A DNA stretch of 64,000 nucleotides from Candidatus Palauibacter sp. (GCF_965213655.1 NZ_CBDBZT010000003.1:1927733-1991732), one strand, 5' to 3'; shown: positions 36,607 through 47,933, numbered from the stretch's first letter. Notes: generated from the letters alone by a model not told the origin. Translations and numbers: made by a program.

Positions 36607-37507
36607 GTATCACGGACCTCCGGTAGGCTTCCGACAGCGCCCGGGTGATCTCGCCCGGGCGACCGCCCCCCACGGGCCGGCCGTCCAGTTCCACGGTCGG
36701 GCGTATCTCCGTCGTCGTGCCCGTGAAGAAGATCTCCTCGGCGCCCCGCAGTTCGTCCACCGTGAAGGCGCGCTCCCGCGCGGGAATCCCCAGTCCGGCA
36801 CACAACTCGAGCGTGAAGGCGCGGGTGACGCCGTGCAGGATGTGGTTCGTGGCCGGGGCCGTCGTCGCTTCCCCGCCGATGACGGCGAACACGTTGTTGT
36901 GCGTCCCCTCCTGCACCATGCCCTCGCGGATGAAGATCGCATCCTCGACCTCCGCCTCCGCCGCGGCCTGCTGCGCGAGGACGTTGGGCAGGAGGCCGGT
37001 CGTCTTGATGTCGGCGCGGGCCCAGCGCTGGTCGGGCAGGGTGATGGCGCCGAAGCCGCGCTCCCAGCGTTCGGGCGTCGTGCGCACGAGTGCCTTCGCG
37101 AAGGCGTAGACGGTGGGCGGGACCGGCCGCGCCGGGAACGCGTGGGTGCGGGGCGCGGCGCCGCGCGTCACCTGCATGTAGAAGACGGAGAACTCTGCCT
37201 CGATGAGGTCGTTGCGCGCCATGAGTTCGTCGCCCACGTCGGCGAGAGGGGCCACGTCGGCCTCGATCCGGAGTGTCCGCAGGCCCCAGGCGAGCCGGGC
37301 CAGGTGGCGATCGAGAAGAAAGCAGCGGCCGGCGTACGCCGGGATCGCTTCGTAGACCGCGTCCGCGAACAGGAAGCCCCGGTCGTTCACCGAGACCCGC
37401 GCCTCGCCGACGGGGAGATAGTCTCCATTCAGGTAGACGATGATGGTCCGCAGCTCCTTCGCTTTCGGGAATCGCGCGCGGTCCCGCCACACAGCGGGCC
37501 GGCCCAC
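36596..37507 (-). CDS. class IV aminotransferase (D-amino-acid / branched-chain aminotransferase family)
   Basis: GTG start at 37507. …IIVYLNGDYLPVGEARVSVNDRGFLFADAVYE… and EGTHNNVFAV (ExGxxNhF) are the fold-type IV PLP signatures. It overlaps the 3' end of the sGDH gene convergently by 11 nt. Confidence 0.8.
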   Translation of the reverse strand: MGRPAVWRDRARFPKAKELRTIIVYLNGDYLPVGEARVSVNDRGFLFADAVYEAIPAYAGRCFLLDRHLARLAWGLRTLRIEADVAPLADVGDELMARNDLIEAEFSVFYMQVTRGAAPRTHAFPARPVPPTVYAFAKALVRTTPERWERGFGAITLPDQRWARADIKTTGLLPNVLAQQAAAEAEVEDAIFIREGMVQEGTHNNVFAVIGGEATTAPATNHILHGVTRAFTLELCAGLGIPARERAFTVDELRGAEEIFFTGTTTEIRPTVELDGRPVGGGRPGEITRALSEAYRRSVIPTA

Positions 37508-37632
37508 TAGATGTCCGCGCGGGACCCGGCGTGCAAGCTCCCCCCTCGATCTGGTTCACGCTCGTGCGCCGCGTTAGCGTTCAGCGTGTGGGTCCCGCTG
37601 TGGGCCCGTTTTCTCCTGCTTCCGGAGGACAG

Positions 37633-38850
37633 ATGAAGGTTTCGCGGCGAGTTCTCGGCATCCCGGCCGCTCGGTGGCTCTTCCTGGCGATCATCCTGCC
37701 CTCGACGATCCTCGCGGGCGCTACGCGGTTCACCCCCGGGCTGGCGGCGCAGGAAGCGCGCACCCTCTCCTACGGCGAACCGGAGGAGGTCGGCATGTCC
37801 CGCGCCGTCCTCGAGGGCGCCCTCGGACTGTACCACGAGGCCGTCGAGCGGGGAGACATCGTGGGCGCCGTTCTGCTCGTCGCCCGCAAGGGGAAGATCG
37901 TCCTCCACGAGGCGGTCGGCATGCGCGACAAGGAGCGGGGGCTGCCGATGGAGCGGAATTCGATGTTCCGCATGGCCTCCAATACGAAACCGGTCGTGGC
38001 CACTGCGATCGGGCAACTCGTCGAGGAGGGCAAGCTCTCCTACGACGACCTGGTGCGCGAGTACATCCCCGAGTGGGACAACTACCGCGCCGGGTTCATC
38101 ACGGTCGGGCACCTGCTCTCCCACAGCAGCGGTCTCCGCATCCCCACGCTCTTCCTGCAGCCGCTGGGGGAGAACCCGACCCTGCAGAGCGAGTCGGCCC
38201 GCTTCGGTCCGATCGGGGCGGAGGTGACGCCGGGCGAGACGTACTCCTACAACAATCCCGGCTACAACACGCTGGGTGCGCTGGTCGAGATCGCCTCGGG
38301 CCAACTGCTGGAGGACCGGCTCATGGAGACGGTCTACGGACCGCTCGGGATGGCGGACAGCTACAACCATCACGCCGCGCACGAGGTCGACGGGAAGGTG
38401 GACCGCATGGGCGCGGTCTACTACCAGCGCGGACCCGATGGGGACTGGGCCCCCGGCGGCACTCCGGGAGGGCCGGTGGCCTTTCCGTTCGCGCGGGCTT
38501 CGGGCGGTATGATTTCGTCGGCGTGGGACTATGCGGTGTTCTCGCAGATGTTCCTTAACGGCGGCAGCTATGACGGGGCCGAGATCCTGACGCCGGAGAC
38601 CATCGACGTCATGACCTCGCCGAAGATTCACATCGCCGGAGAGGGTGACGAGGCGAGCTACTACGGCTACGGCTGGCGGATCGCCGACGGGACGTTCGGC
38701 CACGGGGGCTCGGACGGTACGAACGCGTGGCTCGACCCCGATCGCGAGATCATCGGTCTCGTGTTCACGCAGACGCCGCGCGGCGACAGCCGCGGGACCC
38801 GGCTCGAGCGCTTCCGCGAACTCGTGAACCTGTCGCTCGAGGGTAACTGA
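37633..38850 (+). CDS. secreted serine hydrolase of the beta-lactamase / penicillin-binding-protein-like family
   Basis: ATG 37633 with GGAGGA SD 4 nt upstream; signal peptide MKVSRRVLGIPAARWLFLAIILPSTILAGA. The SxxK motif lies in FRMASNTKPVV, with a YxN-like YSYNNPGYN. Confidence 0.8.
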   Translation: MKVSRRVLGIPAARWLFLAIILPSTILAGATRFTPGLAAQEARTLSYGEPEEVGMSRAVLEGALGLYHEAVERGDIVGAVLLVARKGKIVLHEAVGMRDKERGLPMERNSMFRMASNTKPVVATAIGQLVEEGKLSYDDLVREYIPEWDNYRAGFITVGHLLSHSSGLRIPTLFLQPLGENPTLQSESARFGPIGAEVTPGETYSYNNPGYNTLGALVEIASGQLLEDRLMETVYGPLGMADSYNHHAAHEVDGKVDRMGAVYYQRGPDGDWAPGGTPGGPVAFPFARASGGMISSAWDYAVFSQMFLNGGSYDGAEILTPETIDVMTSPKIHIAGEGDEASYYGYGWRIADGTFGHGGSDGTNAWLDPDREIIGLVFTQTPRGDSRGTRLERFRELVNLSLEGN

Positions 38851-38878
38851 CGGCGCCTCGGCGCGGCGCATCGCCGAC

Positions 38879-39688
38879 TCAGGCTGATGCGCGGCGGCGG
38901 AGCCATTCCACGGTCAGGAGGAGGCCGAGGGCGAAGACGACCAGGAAGGTGGCGACCGCGAGGATCGCGGGGCTGATCTGTTCCCGGATCCCGGCCCACA
39001 TCTGGCGCGGGATCGTCCTCTGCTCCAGCCCGCCCATGAAGAGGACGACGACGACTTCGTCGAACGACGTGGCGAAGGCGAACAGGGCCCCGGAGATCAC
39101 GCCGGGGGCGATGAGCGGCAGTTGCACCGTCCGGAAGGTGCGCACGGGACCGGCGCCGAGACTGGCCGCGGCCCGCGTGAGGTTGCGGTCGAAGCCCGCC
39201 AGCGTGGCCACGACCGTGATCACGACGAAGGGCATGCCGAGAGTTGCGTGGGCCAGGATGAGTCCGAGGTGCGTCTGGGCCAGACCGACGTTGGTGTAGA
39301 AGAAGAACATCCCGGCCGCGGAGATGATCACCGGCGTGACCATGGGCGAGATCAGGAGTCCCGTGATGAAGCGGCGGGCCGGCATGGCGGGGCTCGAGAG
39401 CCCGAGCGCCGCCAGCGTGCCCAGAGCCGTCGCGAGCACCGTGGCGGAGACGCCGATCACGAGGCTGTTCACGAGGCTCCGGGTCCAGGCCTCGTTCTCG
39501 ACGATCTCCCGGTACCAGCGCAGCGACCACGCCTCGGGGTCGAGGCGCAGCATCCCCTCGGTGAAGGTGAAGTAGGGCTCCGCGTTGAAGCTCAGCGGCA
39601 CGATCACGATGATCGGCGCCACGAGGAAGATGAAGACGAGGACGCAGAAGGCGAGGTAGGCGAAGCGGCCGAGGCGGGCTCCGGTCAC
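38879..39688 (-). CDS. ABC transporter permease (PotC-like)
   Basis: GTG start at 39688. Six TM helices with the EAA-like loop …FDRNLTRAAASLGAGPVRTFRTVQLPLIAPGV…. Confidence 0.85.
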   Translation of the reverse strand: MTGARLGRFAYLAFCVLVFIFLVAPIIVIVPLSFNAEPYFTFTEGMLRLDPEAWSLRWYREIVENEAWTRSLVNSLVIGVSATVLATALGTLAALGLSSPAMPARRFITGLLISPMVTPVIISAAGMFFFYTNVGLAQTHLGLILAHATLGMPFVVITVVATLAGFDRNLTRAAASLGAGPVRTFRTVQLPLIAPGVISGALFAFATSFDEVVVVLFMGGLEQRTIPRQMWAGIREQISPAILAVATFLVVFALGLLLTVEWLRRRASA

Positions 39689-39704
39689 GGTTTCTCCGGC
39701 CTCC

Positions 39705-40898
39705 TCAACCCAGGCTCATGCGTTCGACACCCACCAGCCGGTCGTAAAGCAGGTAGAGGACGAGCACGCCCGCGAGGAGGAGCGCGCCGAGCGCGGCCGC
39801 CAGCCCCCAGTTGAGCGACGTCTGCATGTGGTAGGCGACCATGTTCGAGATCAGCTGGCCGCTGCTGCCGCCGACGAGCGCGGGAGTGATGTAGTAGCCG
39901 ATCGCGAGGATGAAGACGAGGAGCGAGCCGGCCCCCACGCCGGGCAGCGTCTGCGGCCAGTACACCCGTCTGAACGCCTGCGCGGGCGTCGCTCCCATGG
40001 AGGCCGCGGCCCGCATGTGCAGCGGCGGAATCGAGCGCATGACGGAGTACAGCGGCAGGACCATGAAGGGCAGCAGGACGTGCGTCATGGCCACCAGCGT
40101 GCCGGTCATGTTGTAGACCATCGCGAGTCGGCCATCGTCGCCGACGAGCCCGATCGCCACGAGCACGTCGTTGATCACCCCCTGGGTCTGGAGAAGGACG
40201 ATCCAGGACGTGGTTCGCACCAGGAGCGAGGTCCAGAAGGGGACGAGCACGAGGGCGAGCAGAAGGCCCGCTCGCCGTGGCTTCGCATGGGCGATGAGGT
40301 GGGCGATCGGATAGCCGAGGATCAGGCAGAAGACGGTGATCGCCAGACTCACCAGAAGCGTACGCCAGAAGAGCGGCAGGTAGATGCGGCGCTCCTCGGG
40401 CTGGCGAGCCACGGAACCGTCCGGCAACCGCTGCATATCGACGGCATTCAGGTAGTGCCGGGCCGTGAAACGCTCGCCCGCCCCGCGGATCGCGTGCCAG
40501 GTCGCCGGCTCGACCCAGGCGGAATCGATGCCTGCGAGGGCATCGCGCCACGGCGCCCCCGTCGCATCCTGGAGACCCCGGGCGGTGCGCGTGAACACGC
40601 TGCGCAGCCCGCTCTGCAGCCGGTTGACGCGGCCGGCGACCTGCCCCAGCGTCCTCGCCTCCCGCGCCGATCCAAGTTCCCGGGCCGCCGCTTCGTACAC
40701 CGGCTCGGGAGGCAGCCCTTCCCCGTCCCACTCACGCAGCGCGGTGAGGGTCGCGGGCAGCGCATCCGCCACCACCGGGTCGTGGACGCTCCGCATCAGC
40801 ATGGTCCCCAGCGGGGCCAGGAAGGTGACGCCGAGAAAGACGAGGAGCGGCAGCACGAGCCCCATCGCCCGCAGGCGTTCGCGAGGAGCCGGACCCAT
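39705..40898 (-). CDS. ABC transporter permease (PotB-like, with a large periplasmic loop)
   Basis: Internal ATG 40898 overlaps the stop of the upstream binding-protein gene (TGATG). The track's extension to 41339 is a low-complexity artefact. …HMRAAASMGATPAQAFRRVYWPQTLPGV… EAA motif. Confidence 0.8.
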   Translation of the reverse strand: MGPAPRERLRAMGLVLPLLVFLGVTFLAPLGTMLMRSVHDPVVADALPATLTALREWDGEGLPPEPVYEAAARELGSAREARTLGQVAGRVNRLQSGLRSVFTRTARGLQDATGAPWRDALAGIDSAWVEPATWHAIRGAGERFTARHYLNAVDMQRLPDGSVARQPEERRIYLPLFWRTLLVSLAITVFCLILGYPIAHLIAHAKPRRAGLLLALVLVPFWTSLLVRTTSWIVLLQTQGVINDVLVAIGLVGDDGRLAMVYNMTGTLVAMTHVLLPFMVLPLYSVMRSIPPLHMRAAASMGATPAQAFRRVYWPQTLPGVGAGSLLVFILAIGYYITPALVGGSSGQLISNMVAYHMQTSLNWGLAAALGALLLAGVLVLYLLYDRLVGVERMSLG

Positions 40899-42001
40899 CA
40901 GCGCGCCAGCCAGGCGCTGAAGCGCTCGTTCAGCGCGTCCTGGTTGTCCACCCACCAGGCCCAGTCCCTCCGGAGCGCGCGCGCCAGATTGGGGGGATGC
41001 GTGGGCAGGTGCGGTCCCATCTCCACGCCCGTCTCGAGATGGGTGGTGATCAGCGGCGCGGCCGAGGCCCGCGAGGGGCCGTACGAGATCCTGCGGCCGA
41101 GGGCCGCGAGAGCCTCGGTGGTGCTGGCGAAACTCACGAGGCGCATCGCCTCCTCGAATCTCGGCGTGCCCGCGACGACGGCCAGCTGATTGATGTCCAG
41201 GACCTGTCCGTCCCAGACGATCGCGAACGGCTGGTTCTCGAGCATTTGGGCGTTGAAGATGCGGCCGTTGTAGGCCGTGCTCATGACGACCTCGCCGTCC
41301 GCGAGCATCTGGGGCGGCTGGGCGCCCGCCTCCCACCACACGACCTGGTCCTTGATCGTGTCGAGCTTGCGAAAGGCCCGATCCAGGCCCTCCGCCGTGT
41401 CCAGTAGGGCGTACACGGCCTCCGCCGGAACGCCATCCGCCAGGAGGGCGAATTCGAGATTGACCATGGGGACACGGCGCATCCCGCGGCGCCCGGGGAA
41501 CTTCTCGAGATCGAAGAAGTCGGCGATCGTCTCCGGTCTGGCGCCGGGGAAACGGCTTGTGTCATACGCGTAGATCGTGGACCAGACGACACCCCCGACC
41601 CCGCAGTCGGAGAGGGTCCCGGGCGCAAAATCCTCCGCTGCCGGCGTACCGTCCGTTCCGGCGGGCAGCAACTCCTCATCGATGTACTCCAGCAGCCCCT
41701 CGTCGCAGGCGACCGTCACTTCCGAAGCGTTGAGGTCCACGACATCCCAGTAGACGTTGCCCACTTCCACCTGGGCCCGGATCTGGGCCAGACCGCCATT
41801 GAAATCCTCGACGGCCACCCGGATCCCCGTGGCGGCGGTGAACGGTTCGTACCACGCCTCCGTGCTCGCTTTCTGATACGAGCCACCGTAGGAGACGGCG
41901 GTAATCGATTGCGCGGTCGCGGGGCCGGCGAAACATGCGAGGAGAACGGCCGTGCAGGCGGACGTGCGCGCCACGGCACGCGCGAGCGGGTCAGTTCGCA
42001 C
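40898..42001 (-). CDS. ABC transporter periplasmic substrate-binding protein (family-1 SBP), copy 2
   Basis: Signal peptide MRTDPLARAVARTSACTAVLLACFAGPATAQ. About 75% identical to the upstream SBP across its length. Confidence 0.8.
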   Translation of the reverse strand: MRTDPLARAVARTSACTAVLLACFAGPATAQSITAVSYGGSYQKASTEAWYEPFTAATGIRVAVEDFNGGLAQIRAQVEVGNVYWDVVDLNASEVTVACDEGLLEYIDEELLPAGTDGTPAAEDFAPGTLSDCGVGGVVWSTIYAYDTSRFPGARPETIADFFDLEKFPGRRGMRRVPMVNLEFALLADGVPAEAVYALLDTAEGLDRAFRKLDTIKDQVVWWEAGAQPPQMLADGEVVMSTAYNGRIFNAQMLENQPFAIVWDGQVLDINQLAVVAGTPRFEEAMRLVSFASTTEALAALGRRISYGPSRASAAPLITTHLETGVEMGPHLPTHPPNLARALRRDWAWWVDNQDALNERFSAWLAR

Positions 42002-43111
42002 GGGTCAGCCAAGCGCTGAAGCGCTCGTTCAGCGCATCCTGGTTGTCCACCCAGAATTCCCAGTCGTTCCGCAGGGCGCGCGCGATGTTGTCGGGGCTCG
42101 TCGGCATATGGGGCGCCATCTCGACGCCGGTGGCCAGGTGGGTGGTGACGAGCGGTTCTCCCGACCGGCGGGCCGGACCATAGGAAATCCGGCGCGCGAT
42201 CGCAGCCAGCGATTCTCCGGTCGTGGCGAAGGCCACGAAACGCCGCGCGTCTTCAAGGCGCGGCGTGCCCGCCACGATGCCCAGCTGGCCGTAGTCGAGA
42301 ACCTGGCCGTCCCACACGATGACGAACGGCTGCTCCTCGAGGACCTGGGCGTTGAAGATGCGGCCGTTGTAGGCCGTGCTCATCACGACCTCGCCGTCCG
42401 CCAGCATCTGGGGCGGTTGGGCGCCCGCCTCCCACCAGACGACCTGGTCCTTGATCGTATCGAGCTTGTCGAAGGCGCGGTCGAGCCCCTCCGGCGTGCC
42501 GAGCGTGGCGTACACGTCCTCGAGCGGGACCCCGTCCGCGATTAGAGCGAATTCGAGGTTCACCTGCGGCACGCGGCGCATTCCGCGACGGCCCGGGAAC
42601 TCCTCGAGGTCGAAGAAATCCGCCATCGTAGCGGGTTGCTCGCCCGGGAAGAGGTCGGCGTTGTAGGCATACACCGTGGAGTAGAAGAGCATCCCTGCCC
42701 CGCACTCACCGTGCATCTCCGGGTAGAAGTCCTCACGGGCAAGCGTCCCGTCGAGGGCCGGTGGCAGCATGTCGATGTCGATCCGCTCCAGTAGACCCTC
42801 GTCGCAGCCGCGCATCGCGTCGGCCATCTCGAGGTCCACGACATCCCAATACACGGCGCCGACATCGACCTGCGCCCGTACCTGGGCCAGCCCGCCGTTG
42901 TAATCCTCCATGTCGACGCGGATCCCCGTCTCCTCCATGAACGGGATCTGAACCGCCCCGCGATACGCGCGGCCGTAGGATCCTCCCCACGACACGGCCG
43001 TGATCGACGGTCCTTCGGGAGCCTGGGGTCCGCAGGCCTGGATGAACGCGGGAACGGCAGCCCCGACGACGAGGACCAGGGCGCGCGTACAGTGGATCGG
43101 ACGCCTCTTCT

Positions 43112-43115
<4 letters not shown>
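41991..43115 (-). CDS. ABC transporter periplasmic substrate-binding lipoprotein (family-1 SBP), copy 1
   Basis: GTG start at 43115 (VKKRRPIHCTRALVLVVGAAVPAFIQACG lipobox) with a purine-rich GGAAGGGGAAG SD. The track's 43253 start adds an R-rich artefact. Confidence 0.8.
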
Positions 43116-44245
<1,130 letters not shown>

Positions 44246-44370
44246 CTGGCGATTTCGTCTCGTTTTCCGGAATATGGGATGGTGCTGCACCCCGGTTCGG
44301 GGTGGACCAACTTGAAGCCGCCGACATCAATCCGCGAGGGCGCGCGGCCGTGGTGAGCAGAGGAGGAAAG

Positions 44371-45414
44371 ATGAAGATCAGGAATCGGACGGCGGGACGG
44401 GTCACGTGGGCGGCCTGCCTGCTCGTCCCCGTCGCGGCGTTGGCGCTGGCGGTCGGAGGAGAACCGACCGAGAAGATGGACTCGGCCTCCGCCGCGCAGG
44501 CCTTCGTCTCCCTGCTCGACGAGGCGGGACGGGGGAAGGCGCTCTTCTCTCTCGAGGACGAGGAGCGCTTCAACTGGCACTTTGTCCCGAGGTCGCGGAA
44601 CGGACTGCCGCTAGCCGACATGACGACCGAGCAGCGAGGCGCCGCGCACGATCTCCTTCAGGCCGCAATGAGCAGCCAGGGCTTTCTGAAGGCGAGCGCG
44701 ATCATCGAACTGGAGCGAATCCTCGGACTCCTCGAGGGGCGGCCCGAGCGCCGCGACCCCGAGAACTACTACGTCGCAATCTTCGGCGATCCGTCGGCGG
44801 AGGGTCCGTGGGCATGGCGGTTCGAAGGGCACCACCTCTCCCTCAACTTCTCGTCGCCTTCGGGCTTGCTCACGGTGACGGGGCCCGCGTTCATGGGCGC
44901 GAATCCGGCGCGCGTGCCATCGGGTCCGAAGGCCGGCTGGCGGCCACTGGGGCGGGAGGAAGACCTCGCCCGCGCGCTGATGCGGAGCTTCACGCCCGAC
45001 CAGCGGGAGCGTGCGACCATCGCGGCCGAGGCGCCCAGCGACATCCTCACCGGCAACGACCGCGAGGCGCGGCTCGACGCGTTCGAGGGCCTCCCTGCCG
45101 ACGCCATGACCGCCGAGCAGCGCGCGATCCTGTTCGAGATCGTGCACGAATACGTGGGGAACACGACGACGGACTTCGACTGGATGGTGCGGGTCGAGAA
45201 CGAGATTCCGGCGAGCGACATCCACTTCGCCTGGGCGGGGTCGCTGGAACCCGGCGAGGGACACTACTACCGCGTCCACGCCCCCGTCTTCCTGATCGAG
45301 TACGACAACACACAGAACGACGCCAACCACGTCCACTCGGTGTGGCGAGACCTGGAGAACGACTTCGGGGGCGACGCGCTCGCGCGCCACTACGAGGAGT
45401 CCGACCACCACTAG
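44371..45414 (+). CDS. secreted DUF3500-like protein
   Basis: ATG 44371 directly after AGGAGGAAAG; signal peptide MKIRNRTAGRVTWAACLLVPVAALALAVGG. The WRFEGHHLSLN motif is as I recall it for DUF3500. This call is from memory only. Confidence 0.55.
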   Translation: MKIRNRTAGRVTWAACLLVPVAALALAVGGEPTEKMDSASAAQAFVSLLDEAGRGKALFSLEDEERFNWHFVPRSRNGLPLADMTTEQRGAAHDLLQAAMSSQGFLKASAIIELERILGLLEGRPERRDPENYYVAIFGDPSAEGPWAWRFEGHHLSLNFSSPSGLLTVTGPAFMGANPARVPSGPKAGWRPLGREEDLARALMRSFTPDQRERATIAAEAPSDILTGNDREARLDAFEGLPADAMTAEQRAILFEIVHEYVGNTTTDFDWMVRVENEIPASDIHFAWAGSLEPGEGHYYRVHAPVFLIEYDNTQNDANHVHSVWRDLENDFGGDALARHYEESDHH

Positions 45415-45463
45415 CTAGCGGGCCGCGGCGGAGACCTCCTCCGCGGCTACGCCGGGTTCAGCC

Positions 45464-47926
45464 CTAGCGGCCGATGATGCTCAGGAAGCGGGGGTCGTCG
45501 CGTATGCTCTCGAAGTCGTCATCGTTCGGGAGCGTGCGCCGGCGTCCGGGATTCAGCTCGACCGCCCTCTCCAGAGCGTCGAAAGCGAGGTCCTCGCGGC
45601 CGGCTTCGACGAGGATCGCGGCCATCGACACCCACACGTTGTCGTTCTCGGGTGACAAGGCGGAGGCTCGCCGCGCAATCCCCGCGGCCCCGCGCAGGTC
45701 GCCGTCCCGCCGCAGCCGGGCGGCTTCGCGCAGCATCTGGCCCGAGCGGTACATGTTGAGGACGCGGCGCAGTTCGGCGAGCGGTTCGTCGTGGTCGTCC
45801 ACGCGGATGTCGACGACGCGATCGCTGTAGCCGCCGTTGACCCGCGGCGCCACGACCAGGATGGCGCCGGACTGCATCCCGCGCGCGTCGCCGCCGGCCG
45901 CCTGGGCAGCGTCGAGCGCGTCCATGAGCCGCTCCGCCAGCGGGCCGGTGGACGATTCGAACGAGGCCGCCATCGCGTCGACGACTTCGGGCCCGGTGAG
46001 GATGTTCCCCTGCGCGCAGTAGTCCACGCCACACTTGTGACCCTTCCAGTCGCTCGCGCCGGTGCCGGTCCAGGCCGCAGTCCGTCCCTGCTGGTCGAGG
46101 ATCGAAACCTGGCGGCGATCCCGGCCCTCGTCGCTCCCCACCATCATCTCGAGCGCTTCCTCGGGTGAGTAGCCGGCCTGGAGGAGTTGGATGCCGATCG
46201 CCCCGTACATGGGGTTCGCGGCGGCCTGGTGCGCGATGATCACGAGTCCGCCCTTCGCGTGCATGGCGCGATTCCCTGCCCCGAACGCCTTCGACTGCAC
46301 GCCCATCCCCAGTTCGCCGGTCGCGGGATCGCGCCCGATGATCGAGAAGGTCCCCAGGTAGTTCGGGTCGAGGAGGTTCTCGCTGTTCCCGGTGGCCGGA
46401 ACCATGCGCGGCTCGGGGACCGCCTCGGCCGAAGCCCAGGCGCCGCCCAGCGCCCGATGGACCGCCAGCCTCGCCAGGGCCAGATCCCGCGTCGCACCCG
46501 CCAGCGCCGCCTCCACGTTCAGGAGCGTGCGCAGCGCGTCGAGGTAGTCGGTGTAACCCACGACCCCCGACTCGTATCGCTGCGACTGCAGGTCCCTGGT
46601 AGCCCGCGCTTCCTCGCGCTGGGAGGCGAGGAAGGCGTGCCGCCGGGTCTCGTTCTCCAAGCCGGCGAGCGCCGTTTCCACTTCGTTCACCGCCGTGACC
46701 ACCGCCCGCCCGTATGTCGCCGCGGCCTCACCAAAGCGGCCTTCGGCAAGCGCGAGATTGTTCCGGAGCCGGCCGCCCTGGAAGATGGGCGCAATCAAGT
46801 TCGTGATCAGATTCGTGAACCACTGTTGCGCGTTGAAGAGTTCGCCGGCGTCGGCGCTGGCCAGCCCGATGGAACCGGACAGCGAGAGCGACGGAAGCAA
46901 TTGGGCGCGGCGTGCGCCGATACTGTAGCGCGCCGCATCGAGGCGCTGCCCGGCAGCCCTCACGTCGGGCCGCTGGAAGAGGAGATCCGCCGGAACCCCG
47001 GCGGGGACGGGATCCGCCGCGAGCTCCGGCGTGAGAGCTTCGGGCAGGAGCGCCTCCACATCCTCCCGATAGCCGCCCATCAGAACGGCCAGTCGAGCTT
47101 CGGCGTTCGTGAGCTGCGTCTCAAGTTGTGGCAGCCCCGCCTGCGTGTTCCTGAGGTCCTGGCGAACCAGGGACAGCGTCCAGGAGTCGATGAGGCCCCG
47201 GTCGTAGCGCGTCGAAGCCAGCGACTCGCGTTCGAGCAGCACGTCCACCGTCTCGGTCGCCAACTCGGTCTGCCGCCGCAGGCTGACGATGTCGAAATAC
47301 GTGGTGATGGTCTCGGCCAGGATGCCGATGCGCGCCGCATGGAAATCCGACTCCGAGGCCAGGTATTCCGAGCCCGCGGCCCGGGCGTCGTTGCGGGCGC
47401 GTCCCCAGAAATCCAGCTCGTAGGCGAAATCCGCGCTGACCGAATACGTCGTCAGCTCGATTCTCTCGGGAAGCGCGAAACCCGCGATCGTATCTCCCGG
47501 ACTGCCCAGCCCGAGGGCCTGGATCTGGGCGCCGATGCCGGCGTCCGTCGGCGTGTCGATGTCGTTGACGGCGGCGCTCGCCCCCACGCTGGGGAAGAGG
47601 TCGGCCCGCGCCATGCGCGCCCTGGCGCGAGCCTGTTGAACGCGCGCGACGCCGGCGGCAAGGTCGAAATTGGAGGCGAGCACGGAATCGACGACGGTGT
47701 TGAGTACCGGGTCCCGGAACGTCGTCCACCACTCCAGCGGCTCGTACGTCCCCGGCTGCAGCCTGGCCGAGAAATCGTCCGGCATCTCCGCCACCGGCTC
47801 CGGAAGGGACGGCCCCGGAGCCAGGGAACAGGCGGAGAGCAGCAAGAGCGGGGCGGCCCGCCCCAGTCTCGCCAGTCTCGCCAGTCTCGCCAGTCTCGCC
47901 ACAAGCGGTACTCCCCTGCGCGTCAC
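45464..47926 (-). CDS. fusion: NodT/TolC-type outer-membrane-factor lipoprotein (N-terminal ~500 aa) + DUF1028 Ntn-hydrolase-like domain + short TPR-like tail
   Basis: GTG start at 47926; lipobox LLLLSACSLAPG. OMF coiled-coil/beta-barrel repeats end with the family-typical …LAVHRALGGAW at about aa 497. Then …NYLG|TFSIIGRDPATGELGMGVQSKAFGAGNRAMHAKGGLVIIAHQAAANPMYG…, the DUF1028 signature whose stand-alone members begin Met-Thr-Phe-Ser-Ile. No stop codon separates the two parts. Confidence 0.75.
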   Translation of the reverse strand: MTRRGVPLVARLARLARLARLGRAAPLLLLSACSLAPGPSLPEPVAEMPDDFSARLQPGTYEPLEWWTTFRDPVLNTVVDSVLASNFDLAAGVARVQQARARARMARADLFPSVGASAAVNDIDTPTDAGIGAQIQALGLGSPGDTIAGFALPERIELTTYSVSADFAYELDFWGRARNDARAAGSEYLASESDFHAARIGILAETITTYFDIVSLRRQTELATETVDVLLERESLASTRYDRGLIDSWTLSLVRQDLRNTQAGLPQLETQLTNAEARLAVLMGGYREDVEALLPEALTPELAADPVPAGVPADLLFQRPDVRAAGQRLDAARYSIGARRAQLLPSLSLSGSIGLASADAGELFNAQQWFTNLITNLIAPIFQGGRLRNNLALAEGRFGEAAATYGRAVVTAVNEVETALAGLENETRRHAFLASQREEARATRDLQSQRYESGVVGYTDYLDALRTLLNVEAALAGATRDLALARLAVHRALGGAWASAEAVPEPRMVPATGNSENLLDPNYLGTFSIIGRDPATGELGMGVQSKAFGAGNRAMHAKGGLVIIAHQAAANPMYGAIGIQLLQAGYSPEEALEMMVGSDEGRDRRQVSILDQQGRTAAWTGTGASDWKGHKCGVDYCAQGNILTGPEVVDAMAASFESSTGPLAERLMDALDAAQAAGGDARGMQSGAILVVAPRVNGGYSDRVVDIRVDDHDEPLAELRRVLNMYRSGQMLREAARLRRDGDLRGAAGIARRASALSPENDNVWVSMAAILVEAGREDLAFDALERAVELNPGRRRTLPNDDDFESIRDDPRFLSIIGR
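47864..47899 (-). repeat. perfect 9-bp tandem repeat x4 (cagtctcgc) encoding (ARL)4 in the n-region of the OMF signal peptide
   Basis: The repeat is seen directly in the sequence. It encodes …VARLARLARLARLGRA…. Confidence 0.7.
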
Positions 47927-47933
47927 CGCGTGC

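Noticed and set aside
45414-45464. Imperfect GC hairpin (gccgcggcggag…ctccgcggc) between convergent DUF3500 and OMF genes as an intrinsic terminator
   Set aside because: The stem has a bulge and there is no U-tract on either side. It is too weak to list as a feature.
47864-47899. Tandem 9-bp repeats as a possible CRISPR or other interspersed repeat array
   Set aside because: Units are contiguous with no spacers and only 36 bp in total. They lie inside a coding signal peptide.
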